Origin: Acidobacteriota bacterium | GTDB taxonomy: Bacteria > Acidobacteriota > Thermoanaerobaculia > Thermoanaerobaculales > Thermoanaerobaculaceae | Assembly (NCBI GenBank): GCA_027458945.1 | Contig: DAIDOU010000101.1 | Coordinates: 1-54,479 of the forward strand | Length of the DNA stretch: 54,479 nucleotides | Direction of reading: 5' to 3' | Part shown: in pieces, positions 30,383 through 38,874 of the stretch | Layout: the number at the start of each line of letters is the position of its first letter | Numbering within the stretch: position 1 is the stretch's first letter | Program-made: the position numbers and the translations under genes | Notes under the pieces: generated by a model | The model's input: only the letters and a program-made list of their open reading frames with translations | The model's database searches: none | Told to the model about the DNA's origin: nothing

Positions 30383-32371
30383 CTAGATCACGACGAAGCT
30401 CGCGCTCACTCCCGGCGTGAGCGGGGACGAGGTCGCCCTCAGGGTGTAGATTCCGGCCCGATCGATGCTGCACCCCGAGAAGGCGGCGACGCCCGACACC
30501 GCCGCCTTCGGGTTGCTCATGCAGTTGAGGGTCGCCCCAGCGGGATTCGTGATCGCCAGAGTGACCGATGCGGTGCTGGTCGTGGTGTTCCCGAACGCGT
30601 CGAGCACGGCGACGACCGGCTGGGTCGCGAAGGTGATCGACCTGACCGAGTTCGAGGGCGATGAAGTGAAGCTCAGCCGGGTCGCGGGGCCGGCGCTGAT
30701 GGTGAAGCTGGCGCTCGTCGCCGAACTCAGGCCGAAGGCCGTCGCGGTCAACGTGTAGGTCCCCGCCTTCCCGATAGCGCACCCGCTGAAGGTCGCGGTG
30801 CCGTTCACTGCCGCCTTCGGGTTCGCGGCGCAACTCAGCGTCGCCCCGGCCGGGGTGGTGATCGACAGGGTGATCGAGGTCGTGCCTGAGGTCGTGTTGC
30901 CGCTCGCATCCTGAATGGCGACGGTCGGCTGGATGTCGAACGCGGCGCCGCTGAGCGCCGACGAAGGCGAGGTGGTGAAGGCCAGCTTGCGCGGGGTCGT
31001 GAAGATGAAGAACGTGGAGCTGACCCCGCTCTGCAGGCTCGCCGAGCTGGCGGTGAGCACGTAGCTTCCGGCCTGATTGATCCGGCAGCCATCGAAGGCA
31101 GCGACTCCCGCGACAGCGTTCTTGGGGTTGCTCGTGCAGACGAGCTTCCCCTTGGCGATGGTCAAGGCGACCGGAGCGGTGCTGCTCGTGACCGTGTTGC
31201 CGCCGGCATCCTGCACGGCGACCACCGGCTGGGTGGTGAAGGCCACGTTGCGGGCCGCGTTGCTGGGACTCGTCGTGAAGACCAGCTTGCTCGCCGCGCC
31301 AACGGAGACGACGACGGTGCCGCTGATGGCCGAGGACAAACCCGGCGAGGTTGCCGTCAGGGTGTAGGTGCCGGCCTTGTCGATCGTGCAACCCGAGAAC
31401 CCGCCGGTTCCGGAGGCAGCGGCGACCGGGTTGGCACTGCAGCTGAGGGTGGCGCCCGCAGGGGTGCTGATGGACAGCGTCACCGGAGCGGTGCTGATGG
31501 TCGAGGAACCGCTCGAGGTCTGGATCGCGACCACCGGCTGGATGCCGAAGGCGATGCCGCCCGTCGAGTTGGACGGATTGGTCGTGAAGGCGAGTTTGGC
31601 CGGACTCAGCGCCGTGGAGGCGACCCAGTTGTTCGCTGCATTCGTCGTGCTCCCGGTGAACGCCGCGCTCGCGGCCGGGACGATCGGGGCGATGGCGACC
31701 ATTGCGGCGCAGAGAAAGAGAAACATCACCGACAGGGCGCTCTCCGGGCCGATGCGTCCGGCCAAAGTGCGGATGCCAGGGTACGGCGGCCGAGAGTGCC
31801 CGGATCGACGGTCGCCTCGTCCTCGGGTCTCGCCCCGCGACGCGAGGAACTCGATGACCAGCGCGAGCAGCGTCACCGCGATCCATGCGGCGAAGGGGAC
31901 GAGAAGGCCGTGCTGCAGCCAGTAGGCCGGAAGGCCGATCCACGGAATCAGCAGGCAGCTCACCGCGATGATGTCGGCTCGGGCCAGCGGCGCGCTGTCG
32001 ACGTCCCGGTTGGCGTCGCCCGCGGTGATCAGGCTGCCGTCAGGATTGATTCCGACGATGCGATGCAGCCGGATGCCCGGCTCCGCCGAGCCTGCGGGAG
32101 CCCGGAAGGTCACCACCCGACCGAGCGGAGTCGGCGCGTCCGCCGACAAAGGCTGGGAGAGCACGACGTCGCCGATGGCGATGTGCGGCATCATCGAGCC
32201 GCTCTGCACGACCGTTCCCGTGAGGCCGAAGGCCATCGGGAGTGTGGCGCAGGCGGCAAGCGCGACGAGGAAGACCAGGTAGCCGCGCGCGAGAACGCGC
32301 ACGACCAAGAGCCCCCAGTCCACGACGACTGCGCGACGCGTCTGAGGCTCCTGGGCCGGCTCCCCTGTCAT
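30383..32371 (-). CDS. SipW-type (ER/archaeal-type) signal peptidase I fused in-frame to a protein with a SipW-type signal peptide and four Ig-like repeats
   Basis: 662 aa with no stop between the modules. Peptidase: TM, SGSMMP, RLHRIV, GDANRDVD, TM (aa 1-177). Arg-rich linker. Second hydrophobic segment ending ASA|AFTGSTTNAANNW (aa 203-249). Four repeats of about 100 aa. Confidence 0.75.
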   Translation of the reverse strand: MTGEPAQEPQTRRAVVVDWGLLVVRVLARGYLVFLVALAACATLPMAFGLTGTVVQSGSMMPHIAIGDVVLSQPLSADAPTPLGRVVTFRAPAGSAEPGIRLHRIVGINPDGSLITAGDANRDVDSAPLARADIIAVSCLLIPWIGLPAYWLQHGLLVPFAAWIAVTLLALVIEFLASRGETRGRGDRRSGHSRPPYPGIRTLAGRIGPESALSVMFLFLCAAMVAIAPIVPAASAAFTGSTTNAANNWVASTALSPAKLAFTTNPSNSTGGIAFGIQPVVAIQTSSGSSTISTAPVTLSISTPAGATLSCSANPVAAASGTGGFSGCTIDKAGTYTLTATSPGLSSAISGTVVVSVGAASKLVFTTSPSNAARNVAFTTQPVVAVQDAGGNTVTSSTAPVALTIAKGKLVCTSNPKNAVAGVAAFDGCRINQAGSYVLTASSASLQSGVSSTFFIFTTPRKLAFTTSPSSALSGAAFDIQPTVAIQDASGNTTSGTTSITLSITTPAGATLSCAANPKAAVNGTATFSGCAIGKAGTYTLTATAFGLSSATSASFTISAGPATRLSFTSSPSNSVRSITFATQPVVAVLDAFGNTTTSTASVTLAITNPAGATLNCMSNPKAAVSGVAAFSGCSIDRAGIYTLRATSSPLTPGVSASFVVI
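30386..31597 (-). repeat. Four tandem repeats of about 300 bp, each encoding an Ig-like domain of about 100 aa
   Basis: Repeat starts: KLAFTTNPSN (aa 259), KLVFTTSPSN (aa 362), KLAFTTSPSS (aa 462), RLSFTSSPSN (aa 565). Each has QPVVA(I/V)(Q/L)D, two Cys (..L.C..NP.....G.A.F.GC.I...G.Y.L.A) and TYTLTA-like strands. Confidence 0.85.
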
Positions 32372-32472
32372 CGAGCTGCACCCTCACGCCGCCACGACCG
32401 CTACGGGGTGGACTGCAACTCCCAAACGACATCGGCACTTGCCGACTTCCCCTGAAGGGCGTCGATCTGGGC

Positions 32473-33006
32473 CTAGGTCAGAGCGGTGACGTCGAAGGTC
32501 CAGGTCGCCTTGTAGGTCTTGGTCTCGCGCGGGGTTCCCGCGGTAGCCCAGGGCAGAACGCCGGTCGTGTAGTTGTTGGTGCTCGCGCCGAGCGCGGCGA
32601 GCGACGTCGCCGGGAGGGTGCTGGACGGCGCGAATCCGGTGCAATCCGAGAAGCTGCCCCCGGCTCCGATCTGGATCGACATCGTGATGTTGTTCTCGAG
32701 GCCCTGGGCTCCCACGGTGTCGATGTACATCCGCACCTCGCCGGGAACGGTCGAATCGGAGGTGACGACCAGGCACTTCGAGCCGGTCTGCCCTGGAGTG
32801 ACTCCCGTCACGCGGAAGGCCGCAGCACCGAGGTCGTCATCGGAGAGGAGCACCGAGCCGGTCTCCCAGTTGTTGCCGGTGTTTCGGGTGGTCGCCGTGA
32901 AGGCGGCGCTGGAGCCTTGCCAGACGAGCAGCCCGGCAACCAGGATCGCGGTCGGACCGACGAGCAGCGTGGCGAGCCGACGAGTACGAGCTACGGACTT
33001 GTTCAT
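32473..33006 (-). CDS. TasA/camelysin-like secreted protein with a SipW-type signal peptide
   Basis: 177 aa. ATG at 33004-33006 with a GGGGG RBS. Signal MNKSVARTRRLATLLVGPTAILVAGLLVWQGSSA|AFTATTRNTGNNW, then a beta-rich body. Confidence 0.7.
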   Translation of the reverse strand: MNKSVARTRRLATLLVGPTAILVAGLLVWQGSSAAFTATTRNTGNNWETGSVLLSDDDLGAAAFRVTGVTPGQTGSKCLVVTSDSTVPGEVRMYIDTVGAQGLENNITMSIQIGAGGSFSDCTGFAPSSTLPATSLAALGASTNNYTTGVLPWATAGTPRETKTYKATWTFDVTALT

Positions 33007-33079
33007 TTCAAGTGCCCCCTTCGGGACTGGTATCGCACCGACGCCGATGTCAGTGGCGATGCGCGGAAGAGCGGGTGTG

Positions 33080-33094
33080 TCCGAATATTTCGGA
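33080..33094. promoter_or_regulatory. AT-centred palindrome upstream of the tasA-like gene (candidate operator)
   Basis: TCCGAA-TAT-TTCGGA, about 75-90 nt upstream of the ATG at 33006, inside a 278-nt intergenic region. Confidence 0.25.
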
Positions 33095-33284
33095 TGTCCC
33101 GGACCCCATAACTAGCGAGTCTCCGCCGTGATAAGCACCGGTGACAGAGCCGAAGGTCCCGTCCCCGACGCGGCCGACGATGCGGCGGACCAGCGGGCGC
33201 GCACCGATGAAGGCATGCGCTCTGCGCATGATCGAACCCCGGGGAGTCGGGCTCGTCATGTCCGGACGAGGATCACCCGCCCCA

Positions 33285-34178
33285 TCAGCGAGCGGTTGGC
33301 GGGGGCGCGTCGGGCGCGGCGAGGGAGGTGTGCGTGACGAGATAGGAGCCGGCGAGGACGAGGAGGAAGCCGGCGACCGTCCACAGGGTGATCTGCTCGC
33401 CGAGGACGATCGCACCGGCCGCGATCGCGATCGCCGGGTTGAGGTAGGTGACGGTGGTCGCGCGCACCGGCCCGATTTCGCGGATGAGCGCGAACAGGAC
33501 GACGAAGGCGATGGCGGTGCAGACGACGGCAAGGACGACGATCGACCACAGCGCCGGCGCGCTGGGCCAGGTGGTCGGCCAGGTGCCGCGGATCGCGACG
33601 AACGGGACGTAGAGGATCGCGGTGATGATGAGCGACCAGGTGGTGAGGCCGATGCTGGGCGCGTCGCCGAGCCAGCGGGCGGCGATGACCGGCGCGATCG
33701 CGTAGCCGACGACCGCGACGGAGACCTCGGCGACCGCACCCAGGTCGGAGCCCTGGACATCGAGGCCCACGAGAGCCGCGACGCCGACGAGGCCGATGCC
33801 GAAACCGGCCCAGTTCGAGGCGGTGAACCGCTCCTTGCGGCGCAGCACCAGGGCGACGAGCACACTCACCAGCGGCACCGCCGCGAGCAGCAGCCCGGTC
33901 ATCGAGGACGGCAGGCGCTCCTCGGAACTGGTGAGGAAGAACCACGGGAACACGATCTCGGCGACCGTGTAGGCCAGCAACGGCAACCAGTGCCGCCGCT
34001 CGAGGCGCAGTTCGCGCCGCCACACCGCGACCGGCAGCAGAAGCAGGGCGCCCAGAGCCGTTCGGCCGAGCACGACGACCTCCGGAGCGAGCTCGCCGAC
34101 CGCGATCTTGATGAACACGTACGGCACTCCCCACGCCACCGACAGCACCGCGAACAGGATCAGGCCTCGACGAGTCAC
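33285..34178 (-). CDS. EamA/DMT-family transporter
   Basis: 297 aa from the GTG at 34176-34178 (VTRRGLILFAVLSVAWG...). Ten hydrophobic helices forming two EamA halves. Confidence 0.8.
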   Translation of the reverse strand: MTRRGLILFAVLSVAWGVPYVFIKIAVGELAPEVVVLGRTALGALLLLPVAVWRRELRLERRHWLPLLAYTVAEIVFPWFFLTSSEERLPSSMTGLLLAAVPLVSVLVALVLRRKERFTASNWAGFGIGLVGVAALVGLDVQGSDLGAVAEVSVAVVGYAIAPVIAARWLGDAPSIGLTTWSLIITAILYVPFVAIRGTWPTTWPSAPALWSIVVLAVVCTAIAFVVLFALIREIGPVRATTVTYLNPAIAIAAGAIVLGEQITLWTVAGFLLVLAGSYLVTHTSLAAPDAPPPTAR

Positions 34179-34239
34179 GGCTCCATCCTGGCGCGGGCCG
34201 CGGACATCGCCGAACCCGGCCGCATTCCGCGGATGGGGT

Positions 34240-34758
34240 CTAGACGGTGTCGGGGACGACGTACGGCAGCCCACGCAGCCATGCCGCGAGTTCGCCCCAG
34301 GGCCGACCGGTGGGGAGCTGGCGCAGCAGAGCACGCACCTGAGCCGTCGAGCCGGGCACGGGCAGCACCCGCGTGGGCGCCTTGCGGGCGAGCGCGCCGA
34401 ACCACCAGTGCCGCCAGGTGCCCTCGACGGTCTCCGGTTCCAGCACGAGGTAGTAGTCGGGCATCACGGTCGCCCCCGACTGCAGCGCGGCAGCGGCCGT
34501 CTCGGCCTCGAGGCTCAGCGTCTCGAGCGAGACCAGATCGTCGTAGAACTCGACCCAGGCCGCCGCGACATGCAGCAGCGGATCGGCATCGCTGACGAAG
34601 TACGACGCGTGCGAGCGGCTGATGCGGCTGACGAGTTCGGACGCTCCCGCGGCGGCGAACTCGACGGCCTCGACGTTGCGCAGGGCTGCGAGGCCCTTGA
34701 GCACCTCGGCCGAGCTATCGCCCACGAGGGAGACAACGGTTCCATTCGATGTGACCAT
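34240..34758 (-). CDS. Hypothetical protein
   Basis: 172 aa with an ATG start and normal (not Arg/Pro-skewed) composition. No recognisable family. Confidence 0.5.
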   Translation of the reverse strand: MVTSNGTVVSLVGDSSAEVLKGLAALRNVEAVEFAAAGASELVSRISRSHASYFVSDADPLLHVAAAWVEFYDDLVSLETLSLEAETAAAALQSGATVMPDYYLVLEPETVEGTWRHWWFGALARKAPTRVLPVPGSTAQVRALLRQLPTGRPWGELAAWLRGLPYVVPDTV

Positions 34759-34827
34759 GATCGAGCTTATGTCGCACGCTGCCGCAGCACGGGCGCTGCT
34801 GAGCCTGGCATGCGACCGCTCCGCGAC

Positions 34828-36213
34828 TCAGTGCGCGCTCACGGGCTGCGGCACGCGCACGAGCTTCTTGTTGGCGAACTCGCTCATCCCGTACTTGCCG
34901 AGCTCACGACCGACGCCGGAGCGCTTCACCCCGCCGAACGGCAGCTCGGCCGAACTCCCCGTGACCGCGTTGATCCACACCATCCCGGTCTCCAGATCGT
35001 CAGCCAGGTCGCGAGCGAGGTCGAGGTTCTTCGTGAAGATGCTGCTGCCCAGGCCGAACGGCGAGGAATTCGCCAACTGGACCGCCGCCTGCGGCGACGG
35101 CACGCGGTACACCGTCGCAACCGGGCCGAACAACTCCTCAGAGAACGCGCGCATCTCGGGGGTGACGCCGGTGAGCACCCCAGGTGCGTAATAAGCGCTG
35201 CCGCCGGTCGGTTGTGGTGCCGAGTGCAATTCAGCGCCCTTGTCGACCGCGTCCTTGACGATCTCGCCGAGATCCTCGGCGGCCTGCGCAGAGGAGAGCG
35301 GCCCGATCAGGGTGGCGGGATCCGCGGGGTCGCCGGTGGAAATCTGCGTCATCGCCCCGATGAACTTCTGGGTGAATTCGTCGTACACGGAATCGACGAC
35401 GATGAACCGCTTCGACGCGGTGCACGCCTGCCCGGCGTTCAGCACCCGGCCCATCACGGCCTCCTGGACCGCGGCGTCGATATCGGCGTCTTCGAGCACG
35501 ATGAACGGATCGGATCCGCCGAGTTCGAGCACGTAGCGCTTCATGTGGCGTCCGGCGACCTCGCCGACCGCCGAGCCCGCCTTCTCCGACCCGGTGAGGG
35601 AGACGCCCTGCACGCGCGGGTCGGCGATGACCTCGGCGACCTGACGGCTGTCGATGAACGCGTTGATGTAGGCGTCGGTCGGGATGCCGGCGTCGTGCAG
35701 CAGCTTCTCCATAGCGAGGGCGGATTGCGGGCAGTTGCGCGCATGCTTGAGGACGATGGTGTTGCCGAGAGCCAGGTTGGGGGCGGCGAATCTGGCCACC
35801 TGGTAGTAGGGGAAGTTCCACGGCATGACGCCAAGGACGACGCCGATCGGCTCGGTGCGGACGACGGCCTCGCCGCCGCCGACAGCGTCAAGAACCTCGT
35901 CGGCGAGGAACTTCGCCGCGTTCTCGGCGTAGTACTGGAAGATCGATGCGACGATCATCACCTCGCCCTGGGCCTGCATCAGCGGCTTGCCCATCTCGAG
36001 GGTGAGCAGCCGCGCCAGTTCGTCGATGCGCTCGGTGCACAACTGCGCGGCGCGTGCCAGTGCTGCGGTGCGCTGAGTCAACGGCGTCTTCCGCCACGAC
36101 AGGTACGCAGTGTGGGCCCGATCGAGGATCGTGTCGACCTCGCGGTCGCTGATGACCGGGAACTCGGCGAGTGCTTCGCCGGTCGCCGGATTGATGGTGG
36201 CGTATGCGCTCAC
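34828..36213 (-). CDS. NAD(P)-dependent aldehyde dehydrogenase (succinate-semialdehyde dehydrogenase-like)
   Basis: 461 aa. GTG start with an AAGGAG RBS. ALDH motifs (FPYYQV, LELGGSDP, NAGQACTASKR, PFGGVKRSG). Confidence 0.9.
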   Translation of the reverse strand: MSAYATINPATGEALAEFPVISDREVDTILDRAHTAYLSWRKTPLTQRTAALARAAQLCTERIDELARLLTLEMGKPLMQAQGEVMIVASIFQYYAENAAKFLADEVLDAVGGGEAVVRTEPIGVVLGVMPWNFPYYQVARFAAPNLALGNTIVLKHARNCPQSALAMEKLLHDAGIPTDAYINAFIDSRQVAEVIADPRVQGVSLTGSEKAGSAVGEVAGRHMKRYVLELGGSDPFIVLEDADIDAAVQEAVMGRVLNAGQACTASKRFIVVDSVYDEFTQKFIGAMTQISTGDPADPATLIGPLSSAQAAEDLGEIVKDAVDKGAELHSAPQPTGGSAYYAPGVLTGVTPEMRAFSEELFGPVATVYRVPSPQAAVQLANSSPFGLGSSIFTKNLDLARDLADDLETGMVWINAVTGSSAELPFGGVKRSGVGRELGKYGMSEFANKKLVRVPQPVSAH

Positions 36214-36630
36214 TAGTTCCGTCTCCTTGCTCCATTGCCAGGGTCAGTGCGTGTTCCGTGCGCTCGCGCGGACACAATGCCGCAACTGCTCGTCTGCCTT
36301 CACAAGCTGCCACCGGTGGGGGCGGATGTCAATGGGCCGACGAGACTCACGGCGGATGCCCACGATACGTCTGCGGTGCCTCCGATGAGGCTGCCCGCAA
36401 AGCGGTGAATGCTCACGGCGCGGAAAGCGGGTCGTCGCCGACCATGGCGAAGCACGACCGGTGGAGCGCTGAGCGCTCCCGCGCCGCTCGTGAGCCGAGC
36501 CTCCCGTCCTCAGTTCCGCCGCCCCATTGCGCCCATTGCGGTGGGCCCGACGCGGGCATAGCGTGGAGGCATGTCCTGGCCAGTAGCGCCGGGAGCTCGC
36601 TATGACGACGATGTCGAAGGAGAGATTGCC

Positions 36631-37746
36631 ATGAAGACCAAAGCGGCCGTGAACTGGGGCGTCGGCCAGGACTGGAAGATCGAAGAGCTCGAGCTCGACG
36701 ATCCTAAGCGCGGCGAGGTGCTCGTCAAGCTCGCCGCATCCGGGTTGTGCCACTCGGACGAGCACATCCTCACCGGGGACATGCCGGTGCCGGGCTACCC
36801 GTACATCGGCGGCCACGAGGGCGCGGGCGTCGTCGAGAAGGTCGGCCCGGGCGTGGAGAACCTCAAGGTCGGCGATCATGTCGTGCTGAGCTTCATCCCC
36901 GCGTGCGGCCGGTGCAAGATGTGCTCCACGGGCCACCAGAACCTGTGCGATCTCGGCGCGGGGATCCTCGAGGGTCTGCAGATCACCGACGGAACCTCCC
37001 GGCACCACGTCAAGGGCGATGACGCCCGGCTGATGTGCGTGCTCGGCACCTTCGCCCCGTACACGGTCGTGAACGAGGCATCCGCCGTGAAGATCGACGA
37101 CGACATCTCGCTCGAGTTGGCGGCGCTCGTCGGGTGCGGTGTGACGACCGGCTGGGGATCAGCGGTCAACAGCGCGGAAGTGAAGCCGGGCGACGTGGTG
37201 GTCGTCGTCGGCGTGGGCGGGATCGGCTCCAACGCGGTGCAGGGCGCCCGGATCGCCGGGGCGAAGTACATCGTCGCGGTCGACCCGGTGGAGTTCAAGC
37301 GCGAGAACGCGCAGTCGCTGGGCGCTACCCACACCGCCGCGAGCATCGAGGAGGCCATGCCTCTCGTGCAGCAGCTCACCCGTGGTGCGATGGCCGATGC
37401 GGTCATCTACACGGCAGGGGTCGTGGAGGGCGCACTGATCGCGGGCATCATGGCGCTGACCACGAAGGGCGGCATCGCGGTGGTCACCGGCATCAGCCCG
37501 GCCGCCGACATGAGCGTGAACATGTCGCTGTTCGATCTGACGCTTTCGCAGAAGCGGCTGCAGGGCTCACTGTTCGGTTCGGCCAACCCGCGCGCCGACA
37601 TCCCGCGCCTGCTCAGCCTCTACCAGAACGGGCAGCTCAAGCTCGACGAGCTGGTCACCAAGACCTACAGCCTTGAGGACATCAACCAGGGCTATCAGGA
37701 CATGCGTGACGGCAAGAACATCCGCGGCGTGGTCGTCTACAACTGA
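36631..37746 (+). CDS. Zinc-type alcohol dehydrogenase (NDMA-dependent ADH-like)
   Basis: 371 aa from the ATG at 36631 after GAAGGAGAG. GLCHSDEH zinc motif, structural Cys cluster CGRCKMC, and a GVGGIGS Rossmann motif. Confidence 0.9.
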   Translation: MKTKAAVNWGVGQDWKIEELELDDPKRGEVLVKLAASGLCHSDEHILTGDMPVPGYPYIGGHEGAGVVEKVGPGVENLKVGDHVVLSFIPACGRCKMCSTGHQNLCDLGAGILEGLQITDGTSRHHVKGDDARLMCVLGTFAPYTVVNEASAVKIDDDISLELAALVGCGVTTGWGSAVNSAEVKPGDVVVVVGVGGIGSNAVQGARIAGAKYIVAVDPVEFKRENAQSLGATHTAASIEEAMPLVQQLTRGAMADAVIYTAGVVEGALIAGIMALTTKGGIAVVTGISPAADMSVNMSLFDLTLSQKRLQGSLFGSANPRADIPRLLSLYQNGQLKLDELVTKTYSLEDINQGYQDMRDGKNIRGVVVYN

Positions 37747-37747
37747 C

Positions 37748-38782
37748 GTGACCTCGCCCCACGGGATCGCCGCGACTCCACCCGGCGGGGTCGCGGCGAT
37801 CCTCACTCCGGCGACGCTCGCCGCCTTCGATGCGGCTGTGATCGGTCGTCGTCCGGAAACCGAGGTGCTCCTGGCCGCACTCGCGGCGGGCCGCCACATC
37901 GTTCTGGAAGGCCCGCCGGGCACCGGCAAGTCCACCTTGCTGCGCACGCTCGCGGACGCCGCCGGCATCGGCCTGGTGTTCGTGGAGGGCAGCGCCGAGT
38001 TGACCCCGGGTCGGCTCGTGGGCAGCCACGACCCGAGTCGGCTGCTCGCCGAGGGCTACCGCGATGAGAACTTCCTCGACGGCCCGCTCGTGCAGGCGAT
38101 GCGGACCGGCGCGCTGCTGTATCTGGAGGAGCTCAACCGCGTCCCCGAGGAGACCATCAACGTCCTGATCACGGTCATGAGCGAGGGCGAGTTGCATGTT
38201 CCGCGCCTCGGCCTCGTGCGGGCGGCGCCGGGGTTCGCTCTCGTCGCCGCGATGAACCCATTCGACGCGGTCGGCACGGCTCGGATCTCCGCGGCCGTCT
38301 ACGACCGCACCTGCCGCATCCGGATGGACTACCAGAGCGCGGCGGATGAGGAACGCGTGGTCGAGCGCGCCGTCCACGCCGGCGGTGCCGCCGCGGTGCC
38401 CGACGGGAGTCGGCAGCCGCTCGATGTCGGCCGGGTGGTCGCGCTCGTGCGCGCGACCCGCAGCCACCCCGACGTCCGCATCGGTTCGTCGGTGCGCGGT
38501 GCCATCGACATGATGCTCGTCGCCGACCGGCTCGCCGAGTTGCGCGGCGCGGCCGCAACGGATGCCGGCGTCAGTCTGGATGCCGCCCTCGCCGCGCTGA
38601 CCGGACGCATCCGGGTGCAGGAGAGCAGCGAGCGCAGCGCTGAGGAGATCATCACCGAGCTGTGGCATCGCGTCTACGACCCGGCCGTCGCGCCGCAGCC
38701 GGGAGCGGACGCGGGGGCGGAACCGGGAAAAGCGCGCGGGGCGACCGGCCCCGACCGACCGGCGCCCCTCGCAACGAGCTGA
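37748..38782 (+). CDS. MoxR-like AAA+ ATPase
   Basis: GTG at 37748, 1 nt after the ADH stop. Walker A GPPGTGKS, Walker B LLYLEELNR, MoxR-like sensor regions. Confidence 0.85.
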   Translation: MTSPHGIAATPPGGVAAILTPATLAAFDAAVIGRRPETEVLLAALAAGRHIVLEGPPGTGKSTLLRTLADAAGIGLVFVEGSAELTPGRLVGSHDPSRLLAEGYRDENFLDGPLVQAMRTGALLYLEELNRVPEETINVLITVMSEGELHVPRLGLVRAAPGFALVAAMNPFDAVGTARISAAVYDRTCRIRMDYQSAADEERVVERAVHAGGAAAVPDGSRQPLDVGRVVALVRATRSHPDVRIGSSVRGAIDMMLVADRLAELRGAAATDAGVSLDAALAALTGRIRVQESSERSAEEIITELWHRVYDPAVAPQPGADAGAEPGKARGATGPDRPAPLATS

Positions 38783-38874
38783 GCCCCGACCCGCAGCCGC
38801 GCGCCGAGCAGGGCGACCAGCCGCGTGTCTCCACGGGCCGTCACCTGCTCAAGGCGATAGCGGGGTTCGAGGAG

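Noticed and set aside
30386-31597. Possible CRISPR array or non-coding tandem repeat
   Set aside because: The period is about 300 bp, the copies are diverged and in-frame, and they encode a repeated protein domain. No short repeat/spacer architecture occurs anywhere in the window.
30066-31943. 625-aa ORF on the same strand as the SipW-fusion gene but in another frame
   Set aside because: Arg/Gly/His-rich nonsense composition. The 30383-32371 frame carries the peptidase catalytic motifs, a signal peptide and four clean repeats.
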